From Mobula hypostoma (lineage: Eukaryota): 64,000 nucleotides of DNA. The notes beneath the pieces were generated by a model. It ran no database searches. It worked only from the letters and a program-made list of their open reading frames with translations, and had not been told where the DNA came from. Positions 13,811-24,962 of the stretch are shown one piece after another. Each line of letters starts with the position of its first letter. Within the stretch, counting starts at the first letter, position 1. Where the stretch lies: contig NC_086097.1 of NCBI RefSeq assembly GCF_963921235.1, forward strand, positions 17,422,001 to 17,486,000. Reading direction: 5' to 3'. The position numbers and the translations under genes were made by a program.

Positions 13811-14616
13811 CCTAGAATGAAAAGCCTCATCCTGAGAGCAGATGCGGCGGAGACGGAGGAATTGCGAGAAGGGGATGGCGTTTTTGCAAGAGACAGGGTG
13901 AGAAGAGGAATAGTCCAGATAGCTGTGAGAGTCAGTAGGCTTATAGTAGACATCAGTGGATAAGCTGTCTCCAGAGACAGAGACAGAAAGATCTAGAAAG
14001 GGGAGGGAGGTGTCGGAAATGGACCAGGTAAACTTGAGGGCATGGTGAAAGTTGGAGGCAAAGTTAATAAAGTCAACGAGTTCTGCATGCGTGCAGGAAG
14101 CAGCGCCAATGCAGTCGTCGATGTAGCGAAGGAAAAATTCTATTCTGGTATCTGTCCCCCATTTTTCCTTCGCTACATCGACGACTGCATTGGCGCTGCT
14201 TCCTGCACGCCTCCTCTACTGTAAAGATGAAGCCACACTCAGGTTGGAGGAACAACACCTTATATTCCGTATGGGTAGCCTCCAACCTGATGGCATGAAC
14301 ATCGACTTCTCTAACTTCCGCTAAGGCCCCACCTCCCCCTCGTACCCCATCTGTTACTCTTTTTTATGCACACATTCTTTCTCTCACTCTCCTTTTTCTC
14401 CCTCTGTCCCTCTGAATATACCTCTTGCCCATCCTCTGGGTCACCCCCCCCCGTCTTTCTTCCCGGACCTCCTGTCCCATGATCCTCTCGTATCCCCTTC
14501 TGCCTATCACCTGTCCAGCTCTCGGCTCCATCCCTCCCCTTCCTGTCTTCTCCTATCATTTTGCATCTCCCCCTCCCCCTCCAGCTTTCAAATCCCTTAC
14601 TCACTCTTCCTTCAGT

Positions 14617-14654
14617 TAGTCCTGACGAAGGGTCTCGGCCTGAAACGTCGACTG
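14617..14654 (+). ncRNA. Minimal type I hammerhead ribozyme motif
   Basis: UAGUC-CUGACGA-AGG(GUCUCGG)CCU-GAAA-C-GUC-GACUG: stem I, core, stem II, palindromic ACGU stem III. Confidence 0.82.
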
Positions 14655-16214
14655 CGCCTCTTCCTATAGATGCTGCTTGGCCTGCTGCGTTCACCAGCAA
14701 CTTTGATGTGTGTTGCCTCTTTTCATCTTCAGCTTTTTTACAGACGGTGTGATGTTTGCTTCCAGAATTTGCTGATATTTAAATAAATTCATTCTTCCCT
14801 CTACCAGAAAATGTTCCCCATGCCACTGGCTGCAACACCAGCTCAAAGCGTGATCGATCCACCCCCATGCTTAACAGTTGGAGAGGTGTTCTTTTCATGA
14901 AATTCCGCATCCTTTTTTCTCCAAACATACCTTTGTTCATTGCGGCCAAAATTCAGTGTCAGAAGTTTGCAAAGGAACATCTAGACAAGCCTGATGCATT
15001 TTGGAAACAAGTCCTATGGAATGATGAAGTTAAAATAGAACTTTTTGGCTGCGATGAGCAAAGGTATGTTTGGAGAAAAAAGGGTGCAGAAATATTAAAG
15101 AAATGTGTCATCTTTAACTTTATGCCTTTTGGAAATTGGTTCACCTTTTACTCGCTTAGCTATTCACAGTAACAGAAATTTTGACCAGGGGTGCCCAAAC
15201 TTTTGCATGCCACTGTATAGGTGCGTTGCTGGGCAATGTGGCTCATTGGGCTGAAACGGACTGTTCAGCACTGTATTTCTAAATAAATAAACAAATAAAT
15301 ATAAAGATTAAATATTGAAATGCTGTATTATTTAAAGTACAAAATAAATAATACAGAATTTATAATTATTCATTTACAACTAACAGTTCAATAAAACAAC
15401 CCGCTGTTTGATGACAGCTGCGTGGATGGATAGAAGTGAGCTGAATTTTCAGAGTCAGGTGTAAGTAAGGCCAGTGAACATTCAACAATCACAGTGAACA
15501 TTTACCAATCACTGTTTGTTGAACTTGTACAGTTTGGAGATAATTTTCAACTCAAGTACAAACCCTGGACAGTTTACAATGATTTTTATACTGAAAAGGT
15601 TTCAGCTGAATTCTAAGAATAAAGTTGTTTAAATATAGGCCAATTTGACATGAAAATTGCACTGGGATCAGGTTTCAAATAGACTGCATATAAAAATGGA
15701 CAAATTGTGACTCTTTGCCTCACCGCCTGATTTATTGGTTCATTCAGAGATCCTATCTTAACAAAAACTGTTAATACTGAGCCAGAATGTTTTACACCAG
15801 ACAGATGTCGTGGACTTAGGTGGAAGTTGGCACCAATTTGCCTCATGAGCAACAGAATTACAAAACAAATAATCAGAGATTATCTTTTTTTAATATATAC
15901 TTGAGTCAAGAATTCATATTAAAATGTTGTGGTTGGATCAAGAGGGCTGCATAATTGAAGTGGAGGGGAAGTGGTTTGAGACATTGGAACTGCACAGTTG
16001 GATCAGATCTCTATTTCTCTGAAGTCTGTTTACATCCATGATTTTTCGAGCTGCCTGCTTATCTCTGGCATGCTCAAGTTCCCTACTTCAAAGAAATTGT
16101 TACTAATTTTTAGTAAGGGTTTATATGTCTCTAATATTTAAAGCTCATTTTCTCCCTTCTTAGTTGGAGAACCATTAACAAAACCAACCAACCTGATCTA
16201 CTATATAATAGGAG

Positions 16215-16338
16215 AAAATCCACAGATTCTGGAAATCCAAACAACACACACAAAATGCTGGAGGAACTCAGCAGGCCAGGCAGCACCTATGGAAAAGAGT
16301 ACAGTGACGTTTCAGGCCAAGACCCTTCAGCATGACTG
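16215..16338 (-). mobile_element. Short Penelope 3'-end remnant
   Basis: aacacacacaaaatgctggaggaactcagcagg...gacgtttcaggccaagacccttc; similar remnants near 46080-46175 and 51430-51550. Confidence 0.7.
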
Positions 16339-17143
16339 CTGAGTTTACTCAGTAAATCTGTCTCTCCTAGGGAAACAGCCAACCAATTTAAAAAAACAGT
16401 TCTTCAATGACCTCCCCCTCTTGCCAAACCTCGGCTCCACCTGAATTAAGTCAATTTGCCTCTAATCAGCACTTCCTTTTTTAATCTGTTTTAAATGAAA
16501 CCCAGCAGAGCTGGGTTTACTCCTTCATCGGTATGTTCTCTGATGTGGAATATTGATGGTTAAAAAACACAGTGTCACATCCGAACTGAATTAAATGTGC
16601 TTTTACTATTGCTGTTTCTGAACAACTTCACCCTTGTATTTATATTGATGACAACCAGACTTCCATTTACACCCATTTTCGCAGACCTCCAGCCGATCAA
16701 ACTGTCTGCCTACTATCGTTATGGATGAGTCATAATTTATGCAAAGCCATCATTTTAACCTGTGTGATTAACTTCTTGCCCTTTCAGCTGATTTCATCAA
16801 TGTTCTGAGGAACGTATTCAGACTGAATCAGAACTTGAGAATCTCCAAATTATGAGGAGCTCTGTTAAAGTTTTCCCCTTGGAACAGGAATCTATAACCA
16901 AAGGGCACAGGTTTAAGATAACAGAATTTAAAGGGGAACTTGAGGAAGGTGTTTTTCACCCAGAGATTTGTAGACACTGGGACGATACAGCCTGATGGAA
17001 ACAGATGCTCTCATAACCTTTGAGAGGTATTTAGATGGACACCTGAAATGTTTTGGTTCAAAAATTGAAATGAGGTTGGATAGGTCCTTCATGACTGGCA
17101 TGCACAAATTGGGTTGAAGAACCAGTTTTCAAATTGTTGGGCC

Positions 17144-17423
17144 TGTGGCGACCCACTTTCTGGCACCCACGAACCGGTTCACGAAACAGCGCGCGCAGGC
17201 AGAGGGCCGGCACCAAAAAGGGCGCCAGGCCATCTTCACCAGCAGGGGGAAAATCCCGCGTGCGGAAAGGGTCTGGGAATATGCATTCCCCACAGTAGTC
17301 TCGCCCAGGGAGGGCGGGAACGGGAAGGCTTTAAAGCGGGCCGTGAAGTTCGAATAAATCTCTTTCATCGCAACTCTAACTCACCGACTCCTTTTCTAGC
17401 GCTGTGTGTAGCACATCGCTACA
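17144..17423 (+). repeat. 5' LTR of Gypsy element
   Basis: TGTGGCGACC...CGCTACA, direct repeat of 21182-21465; contains AATAAA. Confidence 0.95.
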
Positions 17424-17425
17424 AT

Positions 17426-17439
17426 TGGTGACCCCGACG
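17426..17439 (+). promoter_or_regulatory. Primer binding site, tRNA-Trp
   Basis: TGGTGACCCCGACG, 2 nt after the LTR, complementary to the vertebrate tRNA-Trp 3' end (same as the avian leukosis virus PBS). Confidence 0.9.
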
Positions 17440-17463
17440 GCCCAAACGATATTTGGACCAGAG

Positions 17464-18165
17464 ATGACCGACGCTGCATCTGTTCACGCAGTTTCGTTAA
17501 AACTGTCAAGCTTCTGGACGCTGCGACCCCATTTATGGTTCGAACAAGCAGAAGCACAATTCCACATTCGGCAGATAACCTCGGAGTCCACTCGCTACCA
17601 CTACGTGCTGAGCTCCCTCGACCAGGAGACTGCTGCACAAGTTGAGGAGTTTATACAGTCGCCCCCGGAGGACGGCAAATACACAGCATTCAAAGCCCTG
17701 CTCATAAGGACTTTCGGACTCTCACGGCGCGAACGAGCACGCCGCTTAATGCACCTGGATGGTTTGGGAGACAGGCCGCCGTCAGCATTAATGAACGAGA
17801 TGCTGGCCCTGGCTGAAGGACACAAACCCTGCCTCATGTTTGAGCAGGCGTTCCTAGAGCAACTGCCCGAGGACATATGCCTGCTGCTGTCCGACGCAGA
17901 TTTCAGCAACCCCCGGGAGGTGGCGGCCCGAGCAGATGTGCTGTGGAATGCCAGGAAAGAGAGAGGGGCATCCGTCGCACAGATCACCAAGCCGCGTGCC
18001 CAACGACAGACCAGACCAGGCCCGGCAGCAGAGCCTACAAAACCCGGCGACGGGAGTGAGGAGCCCAACGAACAATGGTGTTTCTACCACCAGCGGTGGG
18101 GCACGGAGGCCCGCTGCAGACCGCCCTGCAAATTCCCGGGAAACGCCAGGGCCAGCCGCCGCTGA
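17464..18165 (+). CDS. gag: Gypsy Gag
   Basis: MTDAASVHAVSLKLSSFW..PHLWFEQAEAQF, LGDRPPSALM, C-terminal WCFYHQRWG..CRPPC Cys/His motif. Confidence 0.88.
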   Translation: MTDAASVHAVSLKLSSFWTLRPHLWFEQAEAQFHIRQITSESTRYHYVLSSLDQETAAQVEEFIQSPPEDGKYTAFKALLIRTFGLSRRERARRLMHLDGLGDRPPSALMNEMLALAEGHKPCLMFEQAFLEQLPEDICLLLSDADFSNPREVAARADVLWNARKERGASVAQITKPRAQRQTRPGPAAEPTKPGDGSEEPNEQWCFYHQRWGTEARCRPPCKFPGNARASRR

Positions 18166-18183
18166 TGGCTACGGCGGCTGGCC
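18138..18183 (+). promoter_or_regulatory. Programmed -1 ribosomal frameshift signal
   Basis: G_GGA_AAC slippery heptamer in the gag frame, 5-nt spacer, perfect 12-bp GC-rich stem (18150-18161/18172-18183); the -1 frame is pol. Confidence 0.85.
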
Positions 18184-21181
18184 ATCAGGACAGCCTCCTG
18201 TACGTCTGGGACAAGCAGTCGGGACGCCGTTTTTTGGTCGACACCGGAGCGGAGATCAGCGTCTTACCTCCAACGAGTTACGACAGCCGCAACAGAGAAC
18301 CGGGACCCACCCTGAGGGCCGCTAATGGCAGCACAATACGAACCTACGGCACCCGCACGGTGCGGCTACAGTTCAGCTCCAGCCGGTTCACGTGGGACTT
18401 CACACTGGCCGCCGTGGCCCAACCACTGCTGGGGGCAGATTTTCTATGAGCCCACAGCCTGCTGGTCGACTTGCAAGAGAAGCGATTAGTCCACGCCAAG
18501 ACTTTTCAAACGTTCTCCCTGGGTGAAGCACAGTTGCCAGCCCCACACCTGGACTCCATCACGCTGTCCGACGATGAATTCACCAGGGTCCTGGCGGATT
18601 TCCCATCAGTACTGACACCGCAGTTCACGGCAGCCATGCCCAGACAAGGAGTACAGCACCACATCCCGACCCAGGGACCACCCCTGCACGCCCGTGCTCG
18701 AAGGCTTCCCCCGGACAAGCTCCGACTGGCGAAGGAGGAGTTCAAGAAGATGGAGGAATTAGGGATCATACGACGGTCCGACAGCCCATGGGCCTCCCCC
18801 CTTCACATGGTGCCCAAGGCAACGGGGGGCTGGAGACCATGCGGTGACTACCGCAGACTGAATGAGGCTACAACGCCAGACCGCTACCCTGTGCCGCACA
18901 TTCAAGACTTCGCAGCAAACCTACACGGCGCAAGGATCTTTTCCAAGGTAGACCTCGTCCGGGGATACCATCAAATCCCTGTACATCCGGACGACATCCC
19001 CAAAACAGCACTTATCACCCCGTTCGGACTTTTCGAATTCCTCCGAATGCCATTTGGTCTAAAGAACGCCGCACAGACTTTCCAGCGGCTAATGGAAGCG
19101 GTGGGACGCGACCTGGACTTTGCATTCATCTATTTGGACGACATCCTCATAGCCAGCAGTAGTCGGCAGGAGCATCTGTCCCACCTCCGATCTACTCCCG
19201 CCTGACTGAATTCGGCCTTACAATCAATCCAGCCAAATGCCAGTTCGGACTCGACACCATTGACTTCCTGGGCCACAGGATTACTAAAGACGGGGCAACC
19301 CCGCTGCCCGCCAAGGTAGACGCGGTCCGCCACTTCCCCCGATCCAACACAATCAAAGGCCTGCAGGAATTCGTGGGTATGGTGAATTTCTACCACCGTT
19401 TCCTCCCCTCAGCAGCCCGAACCATGCGCCCCTTGTTCACTCTAATGTCGGGTAAGGGCAAGGACATTACCTGGAACGAAGAGGCCGCAACCGCTTTCGT
19501 TAAGCCTTGGCAAACGCCGCGATGCTAGTGCACCCCAGAACGAACGTTCCTACTGCCCTCACGGTGGACGCATCCAACACAGCAGTCGGTGGAGTGCTGG
19601 AACAACTCATCGAGGGTCGCTGGCAACCCCTGGCGTTCTTCAGCAAACACCTACGACCACCCGAACTCAAATACAGTGCTTTCGACCGGGAGCTATTGGC
19701 ACTATACCTGGCAATCCGGCATTTCAGGTACTTCTTAGAAGGTAGGCCCTTCACTGCGTTCACTAAGGTGTCCGACCCCTGGTCGTCCTGCCAGCAGCAA
19801 CATCTGTCCTACATCTCCGAGTACACGACGGACATCCGGCATGTCTCTGGAAAGAACAATGTCGTGGCAGACGCACTATCCAGACCTACCATACAGGCCC
19901 TGTCCCAGGGGGTGGACTATGCAGCGCTGGCAGAGGCACAGCAGGCAGACGCTGAGATCCCCAGTTACAGGAATGCAGTCTCCGGTTTGCAGCTCCAAGA
20001 CCTCCCGGTAGGCCCAGGTGAGAGGACCCTACTATGTGACGTAGCTACTGGCCAACCCCGCCCCGTCGTCCCAGCAGCCTGGCGCCGGCGGGTGTTCGAA
20101 TCCATTCACAACTTAGCGCACCCCTCCATCAGGACAACCGTCCGGCTGGTCTCCAACAGGTTCGTGTGGCATGGACTTCGTAAACAGGTCAGTAAATGGG
20201 CCAAAACGTGTATGCAGTGCCAAACGGCCAAGGTGCAGCGGCACACCAAGGCTCCACCGCAGCGGTTCGAACCCACCCGCCGGAGGTTCGACCACATCCA
20301 TGTGGATATCGTGGGGCCCCTGCCAGTGTCACGAGGAGCGCGGTACCTCCTAACTATGATAGACCGGTTCACCAGATGGCCAGAGGCAGTCCCGCTCAGC
20401 GACACCACCTCCAAATCCTGCGCCCGAGCACTGATCGCAACCTGGGTAGCACGCTTCGGGGTACCGGCCCACATTACCTCCGACAGGGGCGCCCAGTTCA
20501 CCTCCAGCCTGTGGTCGGCTATGGCCAGACTTTTAGGAACACAGCTACACCACACAACTGCCTACCACCCACAGTCGAACGGACTAGTGGAGCGCTTCCA
20601 CCGTCACCTGAAATCGGCTCTCATGGCCCGGCTGGAGGGGCTTAACTGGGTGGACGAACTTCCCTGGGTCCTCCTCGGAATCCGCACAGCGCCCAAAGAG
20701 GATCTACACACCTCGTCGGCCGAGTTGGTGTACGGCGCGCCCCTGGTCGTCCCAGGAGAGTTCATACCAGCCCCAAGGGGGCAAGAGGAAGAACCCACAG
20801 CAGTCCTGGACAGACTACGGGAGAGGCTCGGTAACCTGGCCCCCATACCCACTTCACAGCACGGACAGAGCCCGACTTGCGTACCCAAAGACCTGCAGAA
20901 CTGTAAGTTTCTTTTTGTACGACGGGGCGGACACCGGGCACCGCTACAGCGGCCCTACGAGGGGCCGTTTAAGGTGATCAGGAACAACGGGTCCACGTTC
21001 GTGCTGGACATTGGGGGGAGAGAGGAGGTTTTCACGGTGGACCGACTCAAACCGGCCCATGTGGACTTGGCGCAACCGGTCCAGGCTCAGGCACTGCGGC
21101 GCAGGGGCAGACCTCCCAAACAGAGGCCGATCCAGACTGGACACTGGGGGAGGTATCGCCGGTTCTGGGGGGGGGGGGTTA
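18138..21181 (+). pseudogene. pol: Gypsy Pol (protease, RT, RNase H, integrase), disrupted
   Basis: LVDTGAEIS protease, YLDD RT, DAS...YSAFDRELLA RNase H, HHCC plus DDE integrase and GPY/F motif. In-frame TGA at 18447, frameshifts near 19190 and 19500, apparent loss of the DHKPL segment near 19760. Confidence 0.92.
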
Positions 21182-21465
21182 TGTGGCGACCCACTTTCTG
21201 GCACCCACGAACCGGCTCACGAAACAGCGCACGCAGGCAGAGGGCCGGCACCAAAAAGGGCGCCAGGCCATCTTCACCAGCGGGGGAAAATCCCGCGCGG
21301 AAAGGGTCTGGGAATATGCATTCCCCACAGTAGTCCCGCCCAGGGAGGGCGGGAACGGGAAGGCTTTAAAGCGGGCCGCGAAGTTTGAATAAATCTCTTT
21401 CATCGCAACTCTAACTCACCGACTCCGTGTGGTTATTCTAGTGCTGTGTGTAGCACATCGCTACA
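21182..21465 (+). repeat. 3' LTR of Gypsy element
   Basis: Direct repeat of the 5' LTR, preceded by the PPT and followed by the GGCC TSD. Confidence 0.95.
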
Positions 21466-23159
21466 GGCCTGTATTTCATGACTCAGTGTCATCTAATATA
21501 TAATGCTGAGTTTCAAACCCATTGTTATACTCTCCTTCCACCTGTCTCTTTTCCTCAGCTCTATCATACCTAAAGCTGCACTTTTATATACATTTGGCAA
21601 CACAGCCTCGCCCTTTGAGCCACAGCAACCCAACCCCCAACAAACCTGATTAACCCTAACTTAACCACAGGACAATTTACAATGACCAGTTAACCCACCC
21701 AGTGCAACTTTGGTCTGTGGGAGGGAACTACGCATTCCATGGGGATGACGTTGAAATTCCTTACAGAACACCACTGGAATTGAACTCCAAACTACAGAAT
21801 GCCCTGAGCTGTGATAGAATTGTACAACCTGCTACACCATTGTGGCACCCTTTATAATCAATATCAAATAATTTTATAATCATTGCCTCAATTAATCCCT
21901 TCCTTGCTTCTCATCCATCTTGTTCGCACTCTAATATGTCTGTCCTGTTCTGTCTCCTAACCTGACTTAAAGTTTTGGGTCAACAAAGTTAAACCCATCC
22001 CAAACCCAATTCAACCATGGTTAGCCTGAACCTAAAACCTTGCAATGTATTCCATACCCAATTTAGCCTGACCCAACCTGGAGTGATTATAGAAAAACAG
22101 GGAGAGAAAGGCCTACTATGCTGCCCATAAGAAGACATAAGACCCTTAGGGTAATACAATGCATATCATCCTGACCTGGGTAATATATGGAGCGAGAATG
22201 GCAGAGCACAGCCTGACCTGACCTGAACTCAAATATTCTATCAGATATATACCCTCATCTGATCTAAACTTTGCAAATATAGTCTGTTCCCATTGGTTCA
22301 GGTCAAGTGTCTATAACTAACGGGCATGGGTTCAATGCCAAATTCCAGCATACTTTTTTTTATATAGTTTCTAACATAGATTGAAAACAAACTTGTAGGA
22401 GATGCAAAATGATAAACTAGGGTGAGAATAAGAGTTAACTTTTTGATTGAGTGCCTTGGAAAATCATCAGATCTAGAGCTTTAAATAAGTAAACTGCAAG
22501 TTAAAGAGGCTGCAGAGAGAACTGCTGTTTTTATCTACAAGATTATTTAACACGTACTTTAATTTAAGTGTTGATTTTTCTGTCAAGAATTGAACAAACA
22601 AATAAAATGCAAGCATGTAAATAATGAGAACTAGGTTCCTTCACACTTTAAAATTAATATGACAGATTTCATTTGCTTGAAGATTCATGGACGCTGCAAT
22701 TTCCTCTTTGACCAGGGATTCCTGTCAGTTATCTCCAACACAAACAGTAAAACTAACCACAACCACAGGCAGCATGCAGTGTATGCAGAGAATGGGGAGG
22801 AGAAGACTAACTAACTACTTAAATAAATTTGTTATTGTTGGCAGAATTGTTAAAGACATAAAATATAATTTCTTGAAATATGGGAGAAAAATTGGAAAGT
22901 GCAATAGTTTAGGTGTACTTCTACATAAATCATTTTTTACAGTTTCTAATCAACAATCAGAAGGCTTAAATGGGACTTCCCTCCCTAAACTACTTCATCT
23001 CCCTACAGCCCTATCTAACTATACAATAGACCTTAAAACCAATCTGTTCAAGTTATTTATCACTTGATAGTATTAGGTGACCTGGTATTGAATTCTAATG
23101 TATTATTTACCTGGGATGTCTTATTATGTTTAAAGTTCTACATACATGTCAGTGTATGC

Positions 23160-23613
23160 ACTGTGAGAATGGCTGCGAGAATCATAGGGGTCTTCCTACC
23201 ATCTATCATGAGTGCTCTGTACACAGGGCCCTTAGTATTATTAAGGATACCACCCATCCGTCCAGCATCTTCTTCGATTTTCTACCATCAGGCAGGAGAC
23301 CCAATGCATAACAACAGGAACAGTCAGGATGGGAAACAATTGCTTCCCTCAGGCCATTAGGCTTCTGAATTCCCTGCCGCACTGCATTCAAAGTGTCACC
23401 GGTTAATCTGTCCTGAATCTACAATACTTGATTTATGCACCTTACTTTGCTATTTATATGCAATTCATCTGTAGATTTTATCCTTACTTTCCTAAGTTAT
23501 TGTGTGTTATGTGTACGACTGTGCTTTACACCCTGGTCTGGAGAAACATTGTCTCATTTGATGGTATACATGTATATAGTTAAATGACATTAAACTTGAC
23601 TTGACTTGACTTG
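23160..23613 (+). mobile_element. Rex1/Babar-like LINE 3' end
   Basis: Same family as 6380-7500; (CTTGA)4 tail. Confidence 0.8.
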
Positions 23614-24962
23614 AGTTGTTATTGGTGTAGTGTACCCCTCGCTTGGCAAACGTCTCTACTATTAATAACTGACATCAAGAAACATCCACATCTAAGTGCA
23701 ATTTGTGTTCAGTTTATTTCTCCTTCAACATGTCAGGAGTAATTTGAATCTCTAACTCTTTACTAACTCCAATTATAGTGGTAACTTGAAAACAAACCAA
23801 AACCGCTGAGAGACTGAGCAAGGGACTCAACACTGTATGATGTGCTTCCAAATAACTGATTTCCAAGTTTAATAAAGTACGTTTGATCCTTTATTATGAA
23901 ACCAGCAAAGATGTGTGATCCTACATAGCAATAAAAAACTAACAAAACTAGCAAAATGATAGTAAAATAAGCAAATCAAGTGAAATAAGCATAGCATAAC
24001 AAAATTAGAGATATAGCAGTCAACAAAAAATAACCATATCATTGGCTGTCTCTAATGAACAACTAACTGCACAAAAGGTGATTTTATGACTGCACTCATT
24101 TGCTTCCATCACGCTCCGACCCACGTGACGAAATACTGCAACCCATAATAAATGCACAACACAAAACACAATACAGACAGACGTGGCTCCTATACCAATT
24201 ATGCTGACCGTACAACTGGTTGTTGAGATCAGTGTGATGGCCTCTTTGACTTTGAGGCTGGACAACTAAGATGAAGGCAGGAAGTGGTATGGTGATTTTT
24301 GATAGATGTAAAGGACTTCTGTTACTATGCTCACTCCAGCATTCTTTACTAGATTTATTGCATAATGATCTTTCCTTTCAGTTCAAGGGCATAGCAGTAG
24401 CATAACACTACTAGCGTCAATGACCAGAGTTCAATTCCTGCTGCTGTCTGTAAAGAGCCTGTACATTCTCCAAATGACTGCATGTATTTCCTCTGGGTGC
24501 TCTGGTTTCCTCCCACGTTCAAAAGACATCTGGGTTAGTGGGTTAATTTGCCACAAGCGTGTAATTGGGTAGAATGGGCTTATCGGACTGAAAGGACCTG
24601 TTACTCTTCTGTATCTCTAAATTTAAAAAAATAATCATGGTCCAGTATCTAATCACAGGTTAGTTTTTCAAACCAGCCTAAACTACCCTGAAATACTGCC
24701 CAAAGCCAGGTACTCACCATCATGGTCAAGGGCCTAAGGGAGCTCCACTACTTGCAGATTCTCCTGCTTGACACAAGTCATACAGAGCTGGAAATATAAA
24801 ACTGTTCCTGAATCCTGAAACTCCCTACTGAATAACATTATGGAAATACCTTTACCAGGACTGAATTAGTTAAAGATACTGGTGCAACATTATACTTAAG
24901 GGCAAGTAGGAATGAACAATAAATATCAGCTTTGACAGAGAAACCATCATATATGTATTTCA

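Larger units (their letters stand above)
12626..14715 (-). mobile_element. Penelope-like element (Neptune-type), 5'-truncated with inverted pseudo-LTR
   Basis: RT C-terminus (YIDD) and GIY-YIG endonuclease; about 506-bp inverted arms (12662-13172/14210-14715); 15-bp TSD CCTCTTTTCATCTTC (12611-12625/14716-14730). Confidence 0.93.
12099..15215 (-). mobile_element. Tc1-like (IR/DR type) DNA transposon, deleted, rearranged and interrupted
   Basis: TIRs CAGTGGCATGCAAAAGTTTGGGCACCCCTGG flanked by TA; inner direct repeat near 12289; transposase remnants LQQDNDSKHTSK, LQAVILAKGG and WKQVLWNDEVKIELFG. Confidence 0.92.
11878..15300 (+). mobile_element. tRNA-derived V-SINE-like element split by the Tc1 (11878-12098 plus 15216-15300)
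   Basis: A-box-like head, core gtgggtttcctctgggtgctctggtttcctc, (AAAT)n tail. Related copies at 4298-4480, 24386-24630, 40960-41430, 21590-21850(-) and 49167-49475(-). Confidence 0.78.
17144..21465 (+). mobile_element. Full-length Ty3/Gypsy LTR retrotransposon (defective pol)
   Basis: TG...CA LTRs at 17144-17423 and 21182-21465; 4-bp TSD GGCC; PBS; polypurine tract (G-run 21167-21178); gag then PR-RT-RH-IN order. Confidence 0.97.

Noticed and set aside
19507..21333. 608-aa ORF as an independent gene or env
   Set aside because: It is the RNase H-integrase part of the frameshifted pol, reading into the 3' LTR.
21650..21666. Telomere-like taaccctaac
   Set aside because: Part of a SINE body, under two perfect units.
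21980..22340. Scattered ACCTGA/ACCCAA motifs as a DNA-transposon subterminal array
   Set aside because: Too degenerate; no TIR or TSD could be defined.
22687..23067. 126-aa ORF
   Set aside because: AT-rich, no recognisable domain or splice support.
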